In this document: positions 18,979-28,094 of the stretch, in pieces
Layout: every line of letters starts with the position of its first letter
Numbering within the stretch: position 1 is the stretch's first letter
The notes under the pieces: model-generated
What the model was told of the DNA's origin: nothing
The model's database searches: none
What the model saw: the letters and a program-made list of their open reading frames with translations, nothing else
Made by a program: the position numbers and the translations under genes
NCBI GenBank assembly: GCA_041736805.1
Contig: JBGSSW010000004.1
Location: 51,843-115,842, forward strand
DNA: 64,000 nt
From: Minisyncoccia bacterium
Lineage (GTDB): Bacteria > Patescibacteriota > Minisyncoccia > Phycocordibacterales > UBA918
Direction of reading: 5' to 3'

Positions 18979-21033
18979 ATGCCATTTAAGATATCTACAG
19001 AAAAAACCCCGGCTGGCGATCAGCCAGAGGCTATCAAAGCTCTCGTAAAAGGGATTAAAGCTGGCCACACCCACCAGACGCTTTTGGGCGTTACGGGCTC
19101 TGGTAAGACGTTTACGGCTGCTAATGTCATACAACAGATTCAAAAACCCACCTTAGTAATTGCTCACAACAAGACACTAGCCGCCCAACTAGCTCAAGAG
19201 TATCGTGATTTCTTCCCAGAAAATGCGGTACATTATTTCGTTTCATACTACGACTACTATCAACCAGAGGCCTACATGCCCACTTCTGATACTTATATCG
19301 AGAAAGAAGCCCAAATCAACGAAGAGATTGATAGACTGCGTCACGCCTCCACTCAAGCTCTACTGACCAGAAATGATGTCATTATCGTAGCGTCTGTGTC
19401 GTGTATTTACGGCTTAGGGGCTCCAGCCGAATATCTCAAACGACATTTAAAAATTGAACGTGGTTACGAGACCACCCGCACTAATATTCTCCGCACTTTG
19501 ATAGCAATGTATTTTCAAAGAACTAACGCCGATTTAATTCCAGGAAATTTCAGGGCGGTTGGTAATACTGTCGAAATCATGCCCACCAATGAGCGAGTTA
19601 TTTTTAGACTAGGTTTTGCTGGTAATAAAGTTTCTTCCATTACAAAAATAGACGCTGTCACCAGAGCCATTATTTCTGAACCGGAAACCTTTTTCTTATT
19701 CCCTGCCAAACACTTTGTTACTCCAGAAGAGGAGCGAAAAATTGCCATTAGCGAAATTCAAACTGACTTAGACAAACAGTTAAATAAATTCAAAAAAGAA
19801 GGTAAATTGTTGGAATCTGAAAGACTTCGTCGTCGCACTCAGCATGATTTGGCTTTGATGCGTGAGGTTGGTTACTGTAACGGTATTGAAAACTACTCTC
19901 GTCATTTTGATAGACGTAAGGAAGGTGAACCACCCTACACTCTATTGTCATATTTCCCACATACCAAGGATGGTAAGCCTGATTTTCTCACTATTATTGA
20001 TGAGTCTCATGTCACGATTCCACAAATCAATGGCATGTTTGCGGGTGATCGCTCACGCAAGGAAACTTTAATTGAATTCGGTTTTCGTTTACCCAGTGCT
20101 TTAGACAATCGACCACTACGCTTTTCTGAATTTGAAGAGAAGGTTGGTCAAAGAATTTATACTTCTGCAACTCCAGGTAAGTATGAATACGAGCAATTGA
20201 ACAAAAGCAAGATACCAATGATTGAACAAGTAATCAGACCAACGGGACTAGTAGACCCAATAATTGATATTAGAAAAATTACTGAAGTAGGCAATTATCC
20301 AGGTCAGGTTAAAGATTTTATTGAAGAGGCCATAAAGGTCATTAAGGGCGGTACTAGGGTTTTGACCACAACCCTCACAAAGAAGATGGCCGAGGACTTA
20401 TCAGAATTTTTGACAGAGCGAGGAATTAACGCTAAGTATATTCATAGTGACATTGACACAATTGAACGAATTGAAATATTGACTGACTTTAGACGCGGTA
20501 AATTTGATTGTCTAGTAGGGGTCAACTTACTCCGTGAAGGTCTCGACTTACCCGAAGTGGAACTAGTGGCAATTCTTGATGCTGACAAGCAAGGTTTCCT
20601 TCGTAGCGAAACAGCTTTAATTCAAACTATTGGTCGAGCAGCCAGAAATATCAATGGAAGAGTTATTCTTTACGCAGACGAAATGACTCCAGCCTTAGAA
20701 TATGCAATTGGAGAAACGAATCGGCGCCGCGACAAGCAACTTGCTTACAACAAAGCAAACGGTATTACTCCTAAAACAATCGCTAAGGAAATAAAATCTA
20801 TTACAGACCAAATGCGGACCGAACATGATGAAACCGTGGATACTTTATTAAAAGTTGATATGGACATTTTTCTTAAAAATCCAAAAGTCGTCTTGAAGGA
20901 TAAAAAACGACAAATGGATGAGGCTGTATCTGTCCTAGACTTTGAAACAGCAGCGATAATTAGAGATGAACTTAAAATTTTAGAAGAAACCTTACTGAAA
21001 AATAAGAAGTCAAAACTTAAGTCAAAACGTTAA
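18979..21033 (+). CDS. uvrB: excinuclease ABC subunit B
   Basis: GVTGSGKTFT (Walker A), QLAQEYRDFFPENAVHYFVSYYDYYQPEAY, helicase motifs, C-terminal UVR domain (ETAAIIRDELKILEE). Confidence 0.95.
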   Translation: MPFKISTEKTPAGDQPEAIKALVKGIKAGHTHQTLLGVTGSGKTFTAANVIQQIQKPTLVIAHNKTLAAQLAQEYRDFFPENAVHYFVSYYDYYQPEAYMPTSDTYIEKEAQINEEIDRLRHASTQALLTRNDVIIVASVSCIYGLGAPAEYLKRHLKIERGYETTRTNILRTLIAMYFQRTNADLIPGNFRAVGNTVEIMPTNERVIFRLGFAGNKVSSITKIDAVTRAIISEPETFFLFPAKHFVTPEEERKIAISEIQTDLDKQLNKFKKEGKLLESERLRRRTQHDLALMREVGYCNGIENYSRHFDRRKEGEPPYTLLSYFPHTKDGKPDFLTIIDESHVTIPQINGMFAGDRSRKETLIEFGFRLPSALDNRPLRFSEFEEKVGQRIYTSATPGKYEYEQLNKSKIPMIEQVIRPTGLVDPIIDIRKITEVGNYPGQVKDFIEEAIKVIKGGTRVLTTTLTKKMAEDLSEFLTERGINAKYIHSDIDTIERIEILTDFRRGKFDCLVGVNLLREGLDLPEVELVAILDADKQGFLRSETALIQTIGRAARNINGRVILYADEMTPALEYAIGETNRRRDKQLAYNKANGITPKTIAKEIKSITDQMRTEHDETVDTLLKVDMDIFLKNPKVVLKDKKRQMDEAVSVLDFETAAIIRDELKILEETLLKNKKSKLKSKR

Positions 21034-21039
21034 TAAACA

Positions 21040-21068
21040 TAATTTTTGTTGCATATAAAGTGTATAAT
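21040..21068 (+). promoter_or_regulatory. putative sigma-70-type promoter; perfect -10 TATAAT at 21063-21068 upstream of the 21076 gene
   Basis: TATAAT hexamer 8 nt before the ATG. The -35 is weak. If real, the transcript would be nearly leaderless. Confidence 0.3.
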
Positions 21069-21075
21069 CTAAACA

Positions 21076-23382
21076 ATGCCTACGTCGTTAAAAAATAAAA
21101 CGACTACTGTTTCTGTCAGAAAAAAAGCAGCTGTTTTAGCTGAATCCAGCACAAAGGTCAAAAAAGCTATTAAAGTTCCTACTAAAACGCCGTCAAAAAA
21201 TGAAGCTCCAAAGAAAGCAAAACGGACACTAAGGAGAGCTGTTAAAATTGAAACACCTGTGGTTGTCCCGTCAGTGGCTAGTCTAAGACTAGTTGAAAAA
21301 GTTGAAGCTTATAGGACCTGGTACTACGAAAACTTTCCTTTATATGTTTCAAGTGTTACGAGAGTAGCTGGCTTCTCCTTTATCTTGTTTGGTACGTTAC
21401 TAACTTCTACTTTTTATTTAGCCGATAAAAACTACTCTTGGTTTTCTTCGGCCGCACTTGTCTGTAGTCTCCAAAATTGTATTGAGACACCAGACTCCGA
21501 ACTACCTATTGGTTCTCCACTGGTTGTTTACAATAATTCTCTTCCGCTGGTCGTCTCTACAGACACTGATTTTATTATTAAACTTGAGAATACCTCAGAG
21601 GTAAGTGTTGAAGTTAGATCATCCCTTAGCTGGGAATCATACCCTCTTGAATACGAAGAAAAAATTAGTGATACCGAGTATAAGTATCTTATTCGTCCGA
21701 CAGCTTTGCCTGCTTCAACCTATTTTATCAATGCCCGGGTTCATTTAAATGGTAAAAGCTTCATCTTCAAAGGACCAAGTTTTTCTATATTAGAAAACGG
21801 GACTTTGGAATCTGAAGTAAATTTGGAGTCTCTACCTGCCGCTACGAACCTGAGTACTTTGTCTAAAAGTTTAGTTAATGAAAGTCCAGTTCTGGAGGCT
21901 GATGAGCAAAATTTAAGTAGCAGTACTAGTTTTGATATTGAGACTAAAACAAAGTTGGAGAAAAATGATTTAGAAAATAAACCGATTACTATCAAACTCA
22001 AAGAAGTAAATCAGTCTAAGTATCTTTTGTTAACTTTAGCAGATTTCCTACCTGATAAAGTAGAAGTTTATGCGGAAGTAACTGATTCTAAGCAACCACT
22101 ATTTTTAGGTCTAGCCACCCTGGTAAATGGTGAGTGGCTGTTTAGCTTGTCCGCATTAGATTTACCAGCAGTAAATTTAAAGGTATACGCTGCCTTTAGA
22201 ACAGAAGAGGGCCTAAATCAATCTGAAAGTGTTACCTATAAGCCATTTTTATTACCAAGACCAGGTAGTGAAGAAGACGCTAAACTGGAAGTGGCTATCT
22301 TGAAACAAAAAATTGAGCTAGCCTTAGAAAACATCAATATAAGCCTCAGTGACCGCGAAAATTATGGAACCAGTTTTGCTAGTTCAACTAACAGTTTATC
22401 TAAGTTACTATACGAAAAGCAATTTTTGACTCAAGCTGAAGCATCGTTTCTAAGTACAGAAGTTAAAGGAAATATGCCATATATCGATTCTTTACTACAA
22501 AGATATGCCAGTGTACGTAAAACAGACTACTTAATAGATGAAAACAATACTCTAATAGACAGTTTGAACAACACCATGGCTAATCAAGTTGCTCTCGATA
22601 CAGATAATGAAAATTTGTTTTCTTCTTTAGTTACAATTTTGGCTACCAGATTTGAACTTTACAAGGCTTACGTTGATAAGATTGAAAATGAAATAGAAGA
22701 TGCCACTGCTGGTCTTTCACTGCGTGACACTGACAAAGACGGGCTTAATGACCTAGACGAGGCCATCTTTTACAAGACTGATATTGAGTCTACCGATACA
22801 GACATGGACGGAGTAATTGACAGCATTGAAGTAATCAATATCTCTGACCCCAAGGTGTCAAACTTAAGAAGTTTTGTAAAAAGTGATTCAACACCAAATA
22901 TAAAAATCGATGAAAATGTGGTTATCATAGATTCAGTGGAGCCTTTGGTGATGAAAAGTTACAACGAAGATTACGAACAAGTCTATGCGTCAGTTCAGGG
23001 AAAAAGTCTTCCTAATACACATGTAGCTGTTATTATGAAAAACCCTTATACTTCTGGTTTAATCAAAACTGACTCTACTGGAAACTTTTCTTACTTTATT
23101 GAAAAACCATTATTAGATGGAAATTATGAAGTGATGGCTGCCTTGCAAAATAATGATGGAGAATTAGTGGTAGCTACCGCCCCGTATACTTTCAGTAAAG
23201 TTTCTAAAGAATTTACTGCTTCACTGGCTTCAGTTGGAAAATCATATTTTGAAGCTCCACCTAATAAAAGTGAACTTTTCAGTCGAACGGGGGCTGCTGC
23301 CTTGATAATCGTCATATTTGGAGTAACCTTGCTTTTATTGGCACAATCACTGCGAATTAAAACTAAAATTTTGATAAAATAG
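21076..23382 (+). CDS. large membrane/surface protein with Lys-rich basic N-terminal tail, N- and C-terminal TM helices and acidic Asp-rich (Ca-binding-like) repeats
   Basis: N-terminus KKAAVLAESSTKVKKAIKVPTKTPSKNEAPKKAKRTLRRAVK, then TM. DTDKDGLNDLDEA / DTDMDGVIDSIE motifs. C-terminal TM (AAALIIVIFGVTLLLLAQ). Sits between uvrB and uvrA. Confidence 0.5.
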   Translation: MPTSLKNKTTTVSVRKKAAVLAESSTKVKKAIKVPTKTPSKNEAPKKAKRTLRRAVKIETPVVVPSVASLRLVEKVEAYRTWYYENFPLYVSSVTRVAGFSFILFGTLLTSTFYLADKNYSWFSSAALVCSLQNCIETPDSELPIGSPLVVYNNSLPLVVSTDTDFIIKLENTSEVSVEVRSSLSWESYPLEYEEKISDTEYKYLIRPTALPASTYFINARVHLNGKSFIFKGPSFSILENGTLESEVNLESLPAATNLSTLSKSLVNESPVLEADEQNLSSSTSFDIETKTKLEKNDLENKPITIKLKEVNQSKYLLLTLADFLPDKVEVYAEVTDSKQPLFLGLATLVNGEWLFSLSALDLPAVNLKVYAAFRTEEGLNQSESVTYKPFLLPRPGSEEDAKLEVAILKQKIELALENINISLSDRENYGTSFASSTNSLSKLLYEKQFLTQAEASFLSTEVKGNMPYIDSLLQRYASVRKTDYLIDENNTLIDSLNNTMANQVALDTDNENLFSSLVTILATRFELYKAYVDKIENEIEDATAGLSLRDTDKDGLNDLDEAIFYKTDIESTDTDMDGVIDSIEVINISDPKVSNLRSFVKSDSTPNIKIDENVVIIDSVEPLVMKSYNEDYEQVYASVQGKSLPNTHVAVIMKNPYTSGLIKTDSTGNFSYFIEKPLLDGNYEVMAALQNNDGELVVATAPYTFSKVSKEFTASLASVGKSYFEAPPNKSELFSRTGAAALIIVIFGVTLLLLAQSLRIKTKILIK

Positions 23383-23477
23383 GCCAAAATTACTACTTTA
23401 TTAACTTTTGCATCTGGCTGTAAAATAGTTATACTTGTTCGATAGAAACCTTCATCATCAAATGAAGGCGTTATGAT

Positions 23478-26120
23478 ATGGCAAAAAAAACAACAAAAAC
23501 AAAGTGGGCTTCTGACGAGGTAGAAAAATCTAGTAATAAGATTATTATTAGAGGTGCTCGCACTCATAACTTAAAAAATATTGATGTAGAAATGCCGAGA
23601 GGAAAGATGATCGCCATTACCGGACCATCTGGTTCAGGAAAGTCTTCTTTAGCTTTTGATACAATTTTTGCTGAGGGTCAACGCAGATATGTTGAGTCGC
23701 TATCCCCATACGCAAGGCAATTTTTAAATAAGTTGCAAAAACCTGACGTAGATGAAATCAGTGGTTTATCACCAGCTATTTCGATTGATCAAAAGTCGGC
23801 TTCAAGAAATCCTCGTTCAACTGTAGCAACCATAACTGAAATTTATGATTACTTAAGAATTCTCTATGCTCGGGTGGGACAACCATACTGTCTTGATGTA
23901 GATGTACCAATTCAAAAATTATCGCAAGATGAAATTTTAGGTATTATTCTTAATTCAATTGAAACTAAAGAAGTACTTACTGCCACCAAAAACCAATCGC
24001 AAACTGTAATGGGAATCAACCTTTCCAAAGGTCGAGTCTCAATTTTTTCACCAGTGGTAGTAGGAAGAAAAGGTGAATATTATCAACTCCTTTATGACTT
24101 GTTGGGAAAGGGTTATGAAGCAGTCAAGATTGATGGTGAAATAAAGCAATTACGTGAAAAAATAATTCTAACTAAAACTAAAAGACACGATATTGATGTG
24201 CTGGTTGACGAAATTTATGTAAGTGAATTTACAGATGTCCCTAAAGGATCACGGGAAAGACTTTCTGAAGCGGTTGAGCGTGCTTTACATGAATCAAATG
24301 GGCTCGTGAAAATTGAAAGCCCGGACGGAACTAGTCGAACACTATCGGCAAAATTTATTTGTCCGATAGATGGCTCTTCCTTCCCAGAAGTAGAGCCTAG
24401 ACTTTTTTCTTTCAATTCACCATATGGGGCTTGTCCAGAATGTAATGGTCTAGGCGTGGTAGGAATTTTTCAGTCTGATATATGTCAAGTGTGTCAGGGT
24501 GCAAGACTGCGTCCAGAAGCGATGCGGGTGTACTTAGGGGGGGATGGTAAAAAGAACTTGGGTATAAATATTGTGGCCTTTACAGCTATGACGGTAAAAG
24601 AAGCTAGCGATTTTATTGACTCTCTTAAACTTACAAAAAAGCAGCAGGATATTGCATGGCCCGCCTTACGTGAAATAATTGAACGCTTACAATTCATGAA
24701 TAATGTTGGAATTCAATATTTAACCTTGGACAGAAAGGCGAACACTCTTTCTGGGGGCGAAGCTCAGAGAATACGTTTAGCATCTCAACTTGGTTCAGGA
24801 CTGGTCGGGGCTTTATATGTTCTAGATGAACCAACCATAGGGTTACATCAGCGCGACAATGATAGATTAATAAAAACCCTTACGGAACTACGTGACTTAG
24901 GTAACACTATAATAGTTGTGGAACATGATGAAGATACAATTTTTGCAGCTGATTATCTAATAGACATTGGACCTGGGGCAGGTATCCACGGTGGGGAAGT
25001 GATTGTTGCTGATTATTTGGAAAAGTTACTTTCAGATACAAAAAACACTTCAAAGTCAGTCACTTTGGATTATTTAAGAGGTGACAAAAAAATACCAATA
25101 CCGAAAAGAAGGACTAGTGAAAAAGGTTCAATAAAAATTAGAGGGGGTAAAGCTTTTAACATCAAAAACTTAAATGTTGATATTCCCTTGGGTAAACTAG
25201 TCTGTGTAACAGGTGTGTCTGGTTCAGGGAAGTCTACTTTCATGTACGAAATTTTAGATAAAAACTTAAAATCAAGGCTAGAAAAAAAATTTAGAACCCC
25301 ACATACCTACAATTGTAAAACTTTTACCGGTTCAGAATACTTAGGTAGATCTTGTTTGATTGACCAGTCACCAATTGGTAGGACACCCAGAAGTAACCCG
25401 GCTACCTACACTGGTGCTTTTACCCACATAAGAGACATGTTCGCTGCTAGCGGCGAAGCAAAAGCCCGTGGTTGGAAACCTGGACGGTTTAGCTTTAATG
25501 TAAAAGGTGGCCGATGTGAAGCTTGTCAGGGAAATGGAGAAATCGCAGTTGAAATGCATTTTCTTCCGACCGTCTATGTGACTTGTGATGTTTGTGAGGG
25601 TAAGAGATTTACTAAAGAAACGCTAGAAGTAACTTATCGCAGAAAAAACATTAATGAAGTTTTACATATGACGATTGAAGAGGCTTACTCATTCTTTATG
25701 GATGTGCCAGCCATTGAAGAAAGGCTAAAATCCTTACTTGATGTAGGCCTTGGCTACTTACAACTTGGTCAAAGTGCTACAACTTTATCAGGTGGAGAAG
25801 CACAAAGAGTAAAAATTGCTTCTGAACTCTTTAAGCCACATAGTCAAAAAACAATTTACATGTTAGACGAGCCCACGATTGGTTTGCACTATGAAGACGT
25901 AAAAAAACTAATCGAAATTCTACAAAAGTTAGTCAATCAAGGTAACACCGTCATGGTAATTGAACATAATTTAGACTTAGTTAAAAGCTCTGATTATATA
26001 ATTGATATTGGGCCTGAAGGGGGCGTTGCCGGCGGCGATATCGTAGCTAAAGGGACTCCAGAAGAAGTAGCGCAAAATAGTAAATCTTATACTGGCCAAT
26101 ATTTAAAAAAAGTACTGTAG
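23478..26120 (+). CDS. uvrA: excinuclease ABC subunit A
   Basis: Two ABC ATPase modules (GPSGSGKSSLAFDTIFAEGQRRYVESLS; GVSGSGKSTFM), signature motifs LSGGEAQR twice, Zn-finger Cys clusters (CPECNGLG, CEACQGNGE). Confidence 0.95.
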   Translation: MAKKTTKTKWASDEVEKSSNKIIIRGARTHNLKNIDVEMPRGKMIAITGPSGSGKSSLAFDTIFAEGQRRYVESLSPYARQFLNKLQKPDVDEISGLSPAISIDQKSASRNPRSTVATITEIYDYLRILYARVGQPYCLDVDVPIQKLSQDEILGIILNSIETKEVLTATKNQSQTVMGINLSKGRVSIFSPVVVGRKGEYYQLLYDLLGKGYEAVKIDGEIKQLREKIILTKTKRHDIDVLVDEIYVSEFTDVPKGSRERLSEAVERALHESNGLVKIESPDGTSRTLSAKFICPIDGSSFPEVEPRLFSFNSPYGACPECNGLGVVGIFQSDICQVCQGARLRPEAMRVYLGGDGKKNLGINIVAFTAMTVKEASDFIDSLKLTKKQQDIAWPALREIIERLQFMNNVGIQYLTLDRKANTLSGGEAQRIRLASQLGSGLVGALYVLDEPTIGLHQRDNDRLIKTLTELRDLGNTIIVVEHDEDTIFAADYLIDIGPGAGIHGGEVIVADYLEKLLSDTKNTSKSVTLDYLRGDKKIPIPKRRTSEKGSIKIRGGKAFNIKNLNVDIPLGKLVCVTGVSGSGKSTFMYEILDKNLKSRLEKKFRTPHTYNCKTFTGSEYLGRSCLIDQSPIGRTPRSNPATYTGAFTHIRDMFAASGEAKARGWKPGRFSFNVKGGRCEACQGNGEIAVEMHFLPTVYVTCDVCEGKRFTKETLEVTYRRKNINEVLHMTIEEAYSFFMDVPAIEERLKSLLDVGLGYLQLGQSATTLSGGEAQRVKIASELFKPHSQKTIYMLDEPTIGLHYEDVKKLIEILQKLVNQGNTVMVIEHNLDLVKSSDYIIDIGPEGGVAGGDIVAKGTPEEVAQNSKSYTGQYLKKVL

Positions 26121-26129
26121 ATAACCACT

Positions 26130-27371
26130 ATGGATAAAAAGTCTATACTAAGAAAGAAATTGCCTGATAAACCTGGAGTATATTTCTTCTTAGGAAAGAA
26201 TAAAAAGATACTTTATATTGGGAAAGCGACATCAATAAAGAATCGAATAACTAGTTATTTTGGCTTAGACATTGTAGAAAAAAGATCTAACTTAATTGAA
26301 AAAATGGTTCAAGAGGCAATTTCTATTGATTACACTGAAACAGACAGCGTGGTTGAGGCTTTAATATTAGAGTCAAACCTAATACGTTCCCATAAACCTT
26401 ATTATAATACTAAAAGTAAAGATGATAAAACTTATAATCATTTAATAATTACTAATGAAGAATGGCCAAGATTACTTATTGTCCGTGAAAGCGATTTAAC
26501 AGAAAAATTCTCACCCGAAGATATAAAGTATCAATTTGGTCCTTTCCCCAATGGTTCGCTATTTAAAGAGGCCCTCAGAATTATTAGAAAGCTTTTTAAA
26601 TATTACGATTCCAAGAACTCTGTTGGGGAAGAAAAAACAAAAATTGAAAGAGGCCGTATAGATTTTAACCGTCAAATTGGACTTTATCCTAGTTTGATAG
26701 GTCGTAGTGAATATTTAAAAACTATTCTACATATAAAGCTTTTCTTTGAGGGTAAAAAATCAAAAATAATTTTAGACTTAGAAAAAGAAATGTCTATTAA
26801 GGCAAAATTACAAAAGTTTGAAGAAGCTAACGAAATTAAAAAAAGGATATTTGCTTTAAAGCACATAGAAGACATTGCTTTAATTAAAATAGAGAGAAAT
26901 ATGCCTGATGTTCCTATTTTTAGGATTGAAGCTTATGACATAGCTCATCATGCTGGGAAAGATATGGTGGGTGTTATGGTAGTAATACAAAACTCAGAGG
27001 CCAAAAAGTCAGAGTATCGTAAATTCAAAATTAAAACCCTAAAAAGTGCAAATGATCCAGCGGCCCTTACGGAAGTCCTAGAACGAAGATTTTGTCATCA
27101 GGAGTGGGCTATGCCTGATTTAATTGTTGTCGATGGAAATTTAATACAAATTAACGCCGCCGTACGAATTTTGTCAAAACTTATGCTAGAAATACCAGTT
27201 TTAGCAGTGACCAAGGACAAGAGTCATAAACCAATAAAAATTGTCCCAGAGAGTGGACTAGCACTTAAATATAAGTATGAAATTTTGATGGCGAACGCAG
27301 AGGCACACAGATTCGCCATAAACTATTATCGAAACCTTAATCGAAAAACTTTTTTAAAGAGCAGTAAGTAG
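26130..27371 (+). CDS. uvrC: excinuclease ABC subunit C, short form (GIY-YIG + UVR + RNase H-like endonuclease domain; no C-terminal HhH pair)
   Basis: GIY-YIG segment PGVYFFLGKNKKILYIGKATSIKNRITSYF. UVR-like FEEANEIKKRIFALKHIE. Endonuclease domain RIEAYDIAHHAGKDMVGVMVV...SEYRKFKIK, VVDGNLIQINAA, EAHRFAINYYR. Ends at 413 aa with no HhH motifs. Confidence 0.8.
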   Translation: MDKKSILRKKLPDKPGVYFFLGKNKKILYIGKATSIKNRITSYFGLDIVEKRSNLIEKMVQEAISIDYTETDSVVEALILESNLIRSHKPYYNTKSKDDKTYNHLIITNEEWPRLLIVRESDLTEKFSPEDIKYQFGPFPNGSLFKEALRIIRKLFKYYDSKNSVGEEKTKIERGRIDFNRQIGLYPSLIGRSEYLKTILHIKLFFEGKKSKIILDLEKEMSIKAKLQKFEEANEIKKRIFALKHIEDIALIKIERNMPDVPIFRIEAYDIAHHAGKDMVGVMVVIQNSEAKKSEYRKFKIKTLKSANDPAALTEVLERRFCHQEWAMPDLIVVDGNLIQINAAVRILSKLMLEIPVLAVTKDKSHKPIKIVPESGLALKYKYEILMANAEAHRFAINYYRNLNRKTFLKSSK

Positions 27372-27432
27372 TTTTTATTCACCTAGAATTCGCTATTTAG
27401 AAAAATTTAATGTTATTATTAAATTAACTTTT

Positions 27433-28083
27433 ATGAAAAACTTCAAAAACCTATTTGAGTTCACAAATGCTTTTTTTCTTTTGTTAGTAATTATTCTTAC
27501 TACTTATAGTCTTTACTTGTACATGAATTTAGGTAAAGACTCCTCGACAATTGTTCCAAATACCAACACTGATAAAAAGTACTTATCTGAAGGAGAATTA
27601 AATATTGAACGTAATAGTTTATTAAAAACTCCAGCTACGTCCTCTGAAATAATTCAAATTCAATTTTCTAAAGCTACATCTAGTGTAGTTTCTGATACAG
27701 AACTACAAGTAACATCAAAAGTAAAAAATGAACAGCCTAAGGAAGTATTCGTTGCAGTAAATTCAGGTATTACTTTTATTGACTCTTCAGTTTCGACCTA
27801 TGAAGATTTTGAAGAGCCAATCATTGAAGTCATAGAAGAAGGAACTATTTTTTTTATAGATAATGACAATAGTAAATTTGGTATATCCAATAATTCAGTT
27901 TCACCGATTATTTTTAGAACGAATTTAGAAACAAATTACGAAATAAACACTAAAAATATTACTTTCTCTAATTTAAAAGTTGGCGATATTGTAAAAGTCG
28001 AAGGAAATGGTCACAATGAATCAAATGATTATCTGGCGTCTAAAGTAATAATAACTGGAATTTACCAAGCCACTCTTGAATAA
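27433..28083 (+). CDS. hypothetical secreted/anchored protein
   Basis: N-terminal TM/signal (FFLLLVIILTTYSLYLYM). No recognised domain. Confidence 0.4.
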   Translation: MKNFKNLFEFTNAFFLLLVIILTTYSLYLYMNLGKDSSTIVPNTNTDKKYLSEGELNIERNSLLKTPATSSEIIQIQFSKATSSVVSDTELQVTSKVKNEQPKEVFVAVNSGITFIDSSVSTYEDFEEPIIEVIEEGTIFFIDNDNSKFGISNNSVSPIIFRTNLETNYEINTKNITFSNLKVGDIVKVEGNGHNESNDYLASKVIITGIYQATLE

Positions 28084-28094
28084 ACAAATAAATT

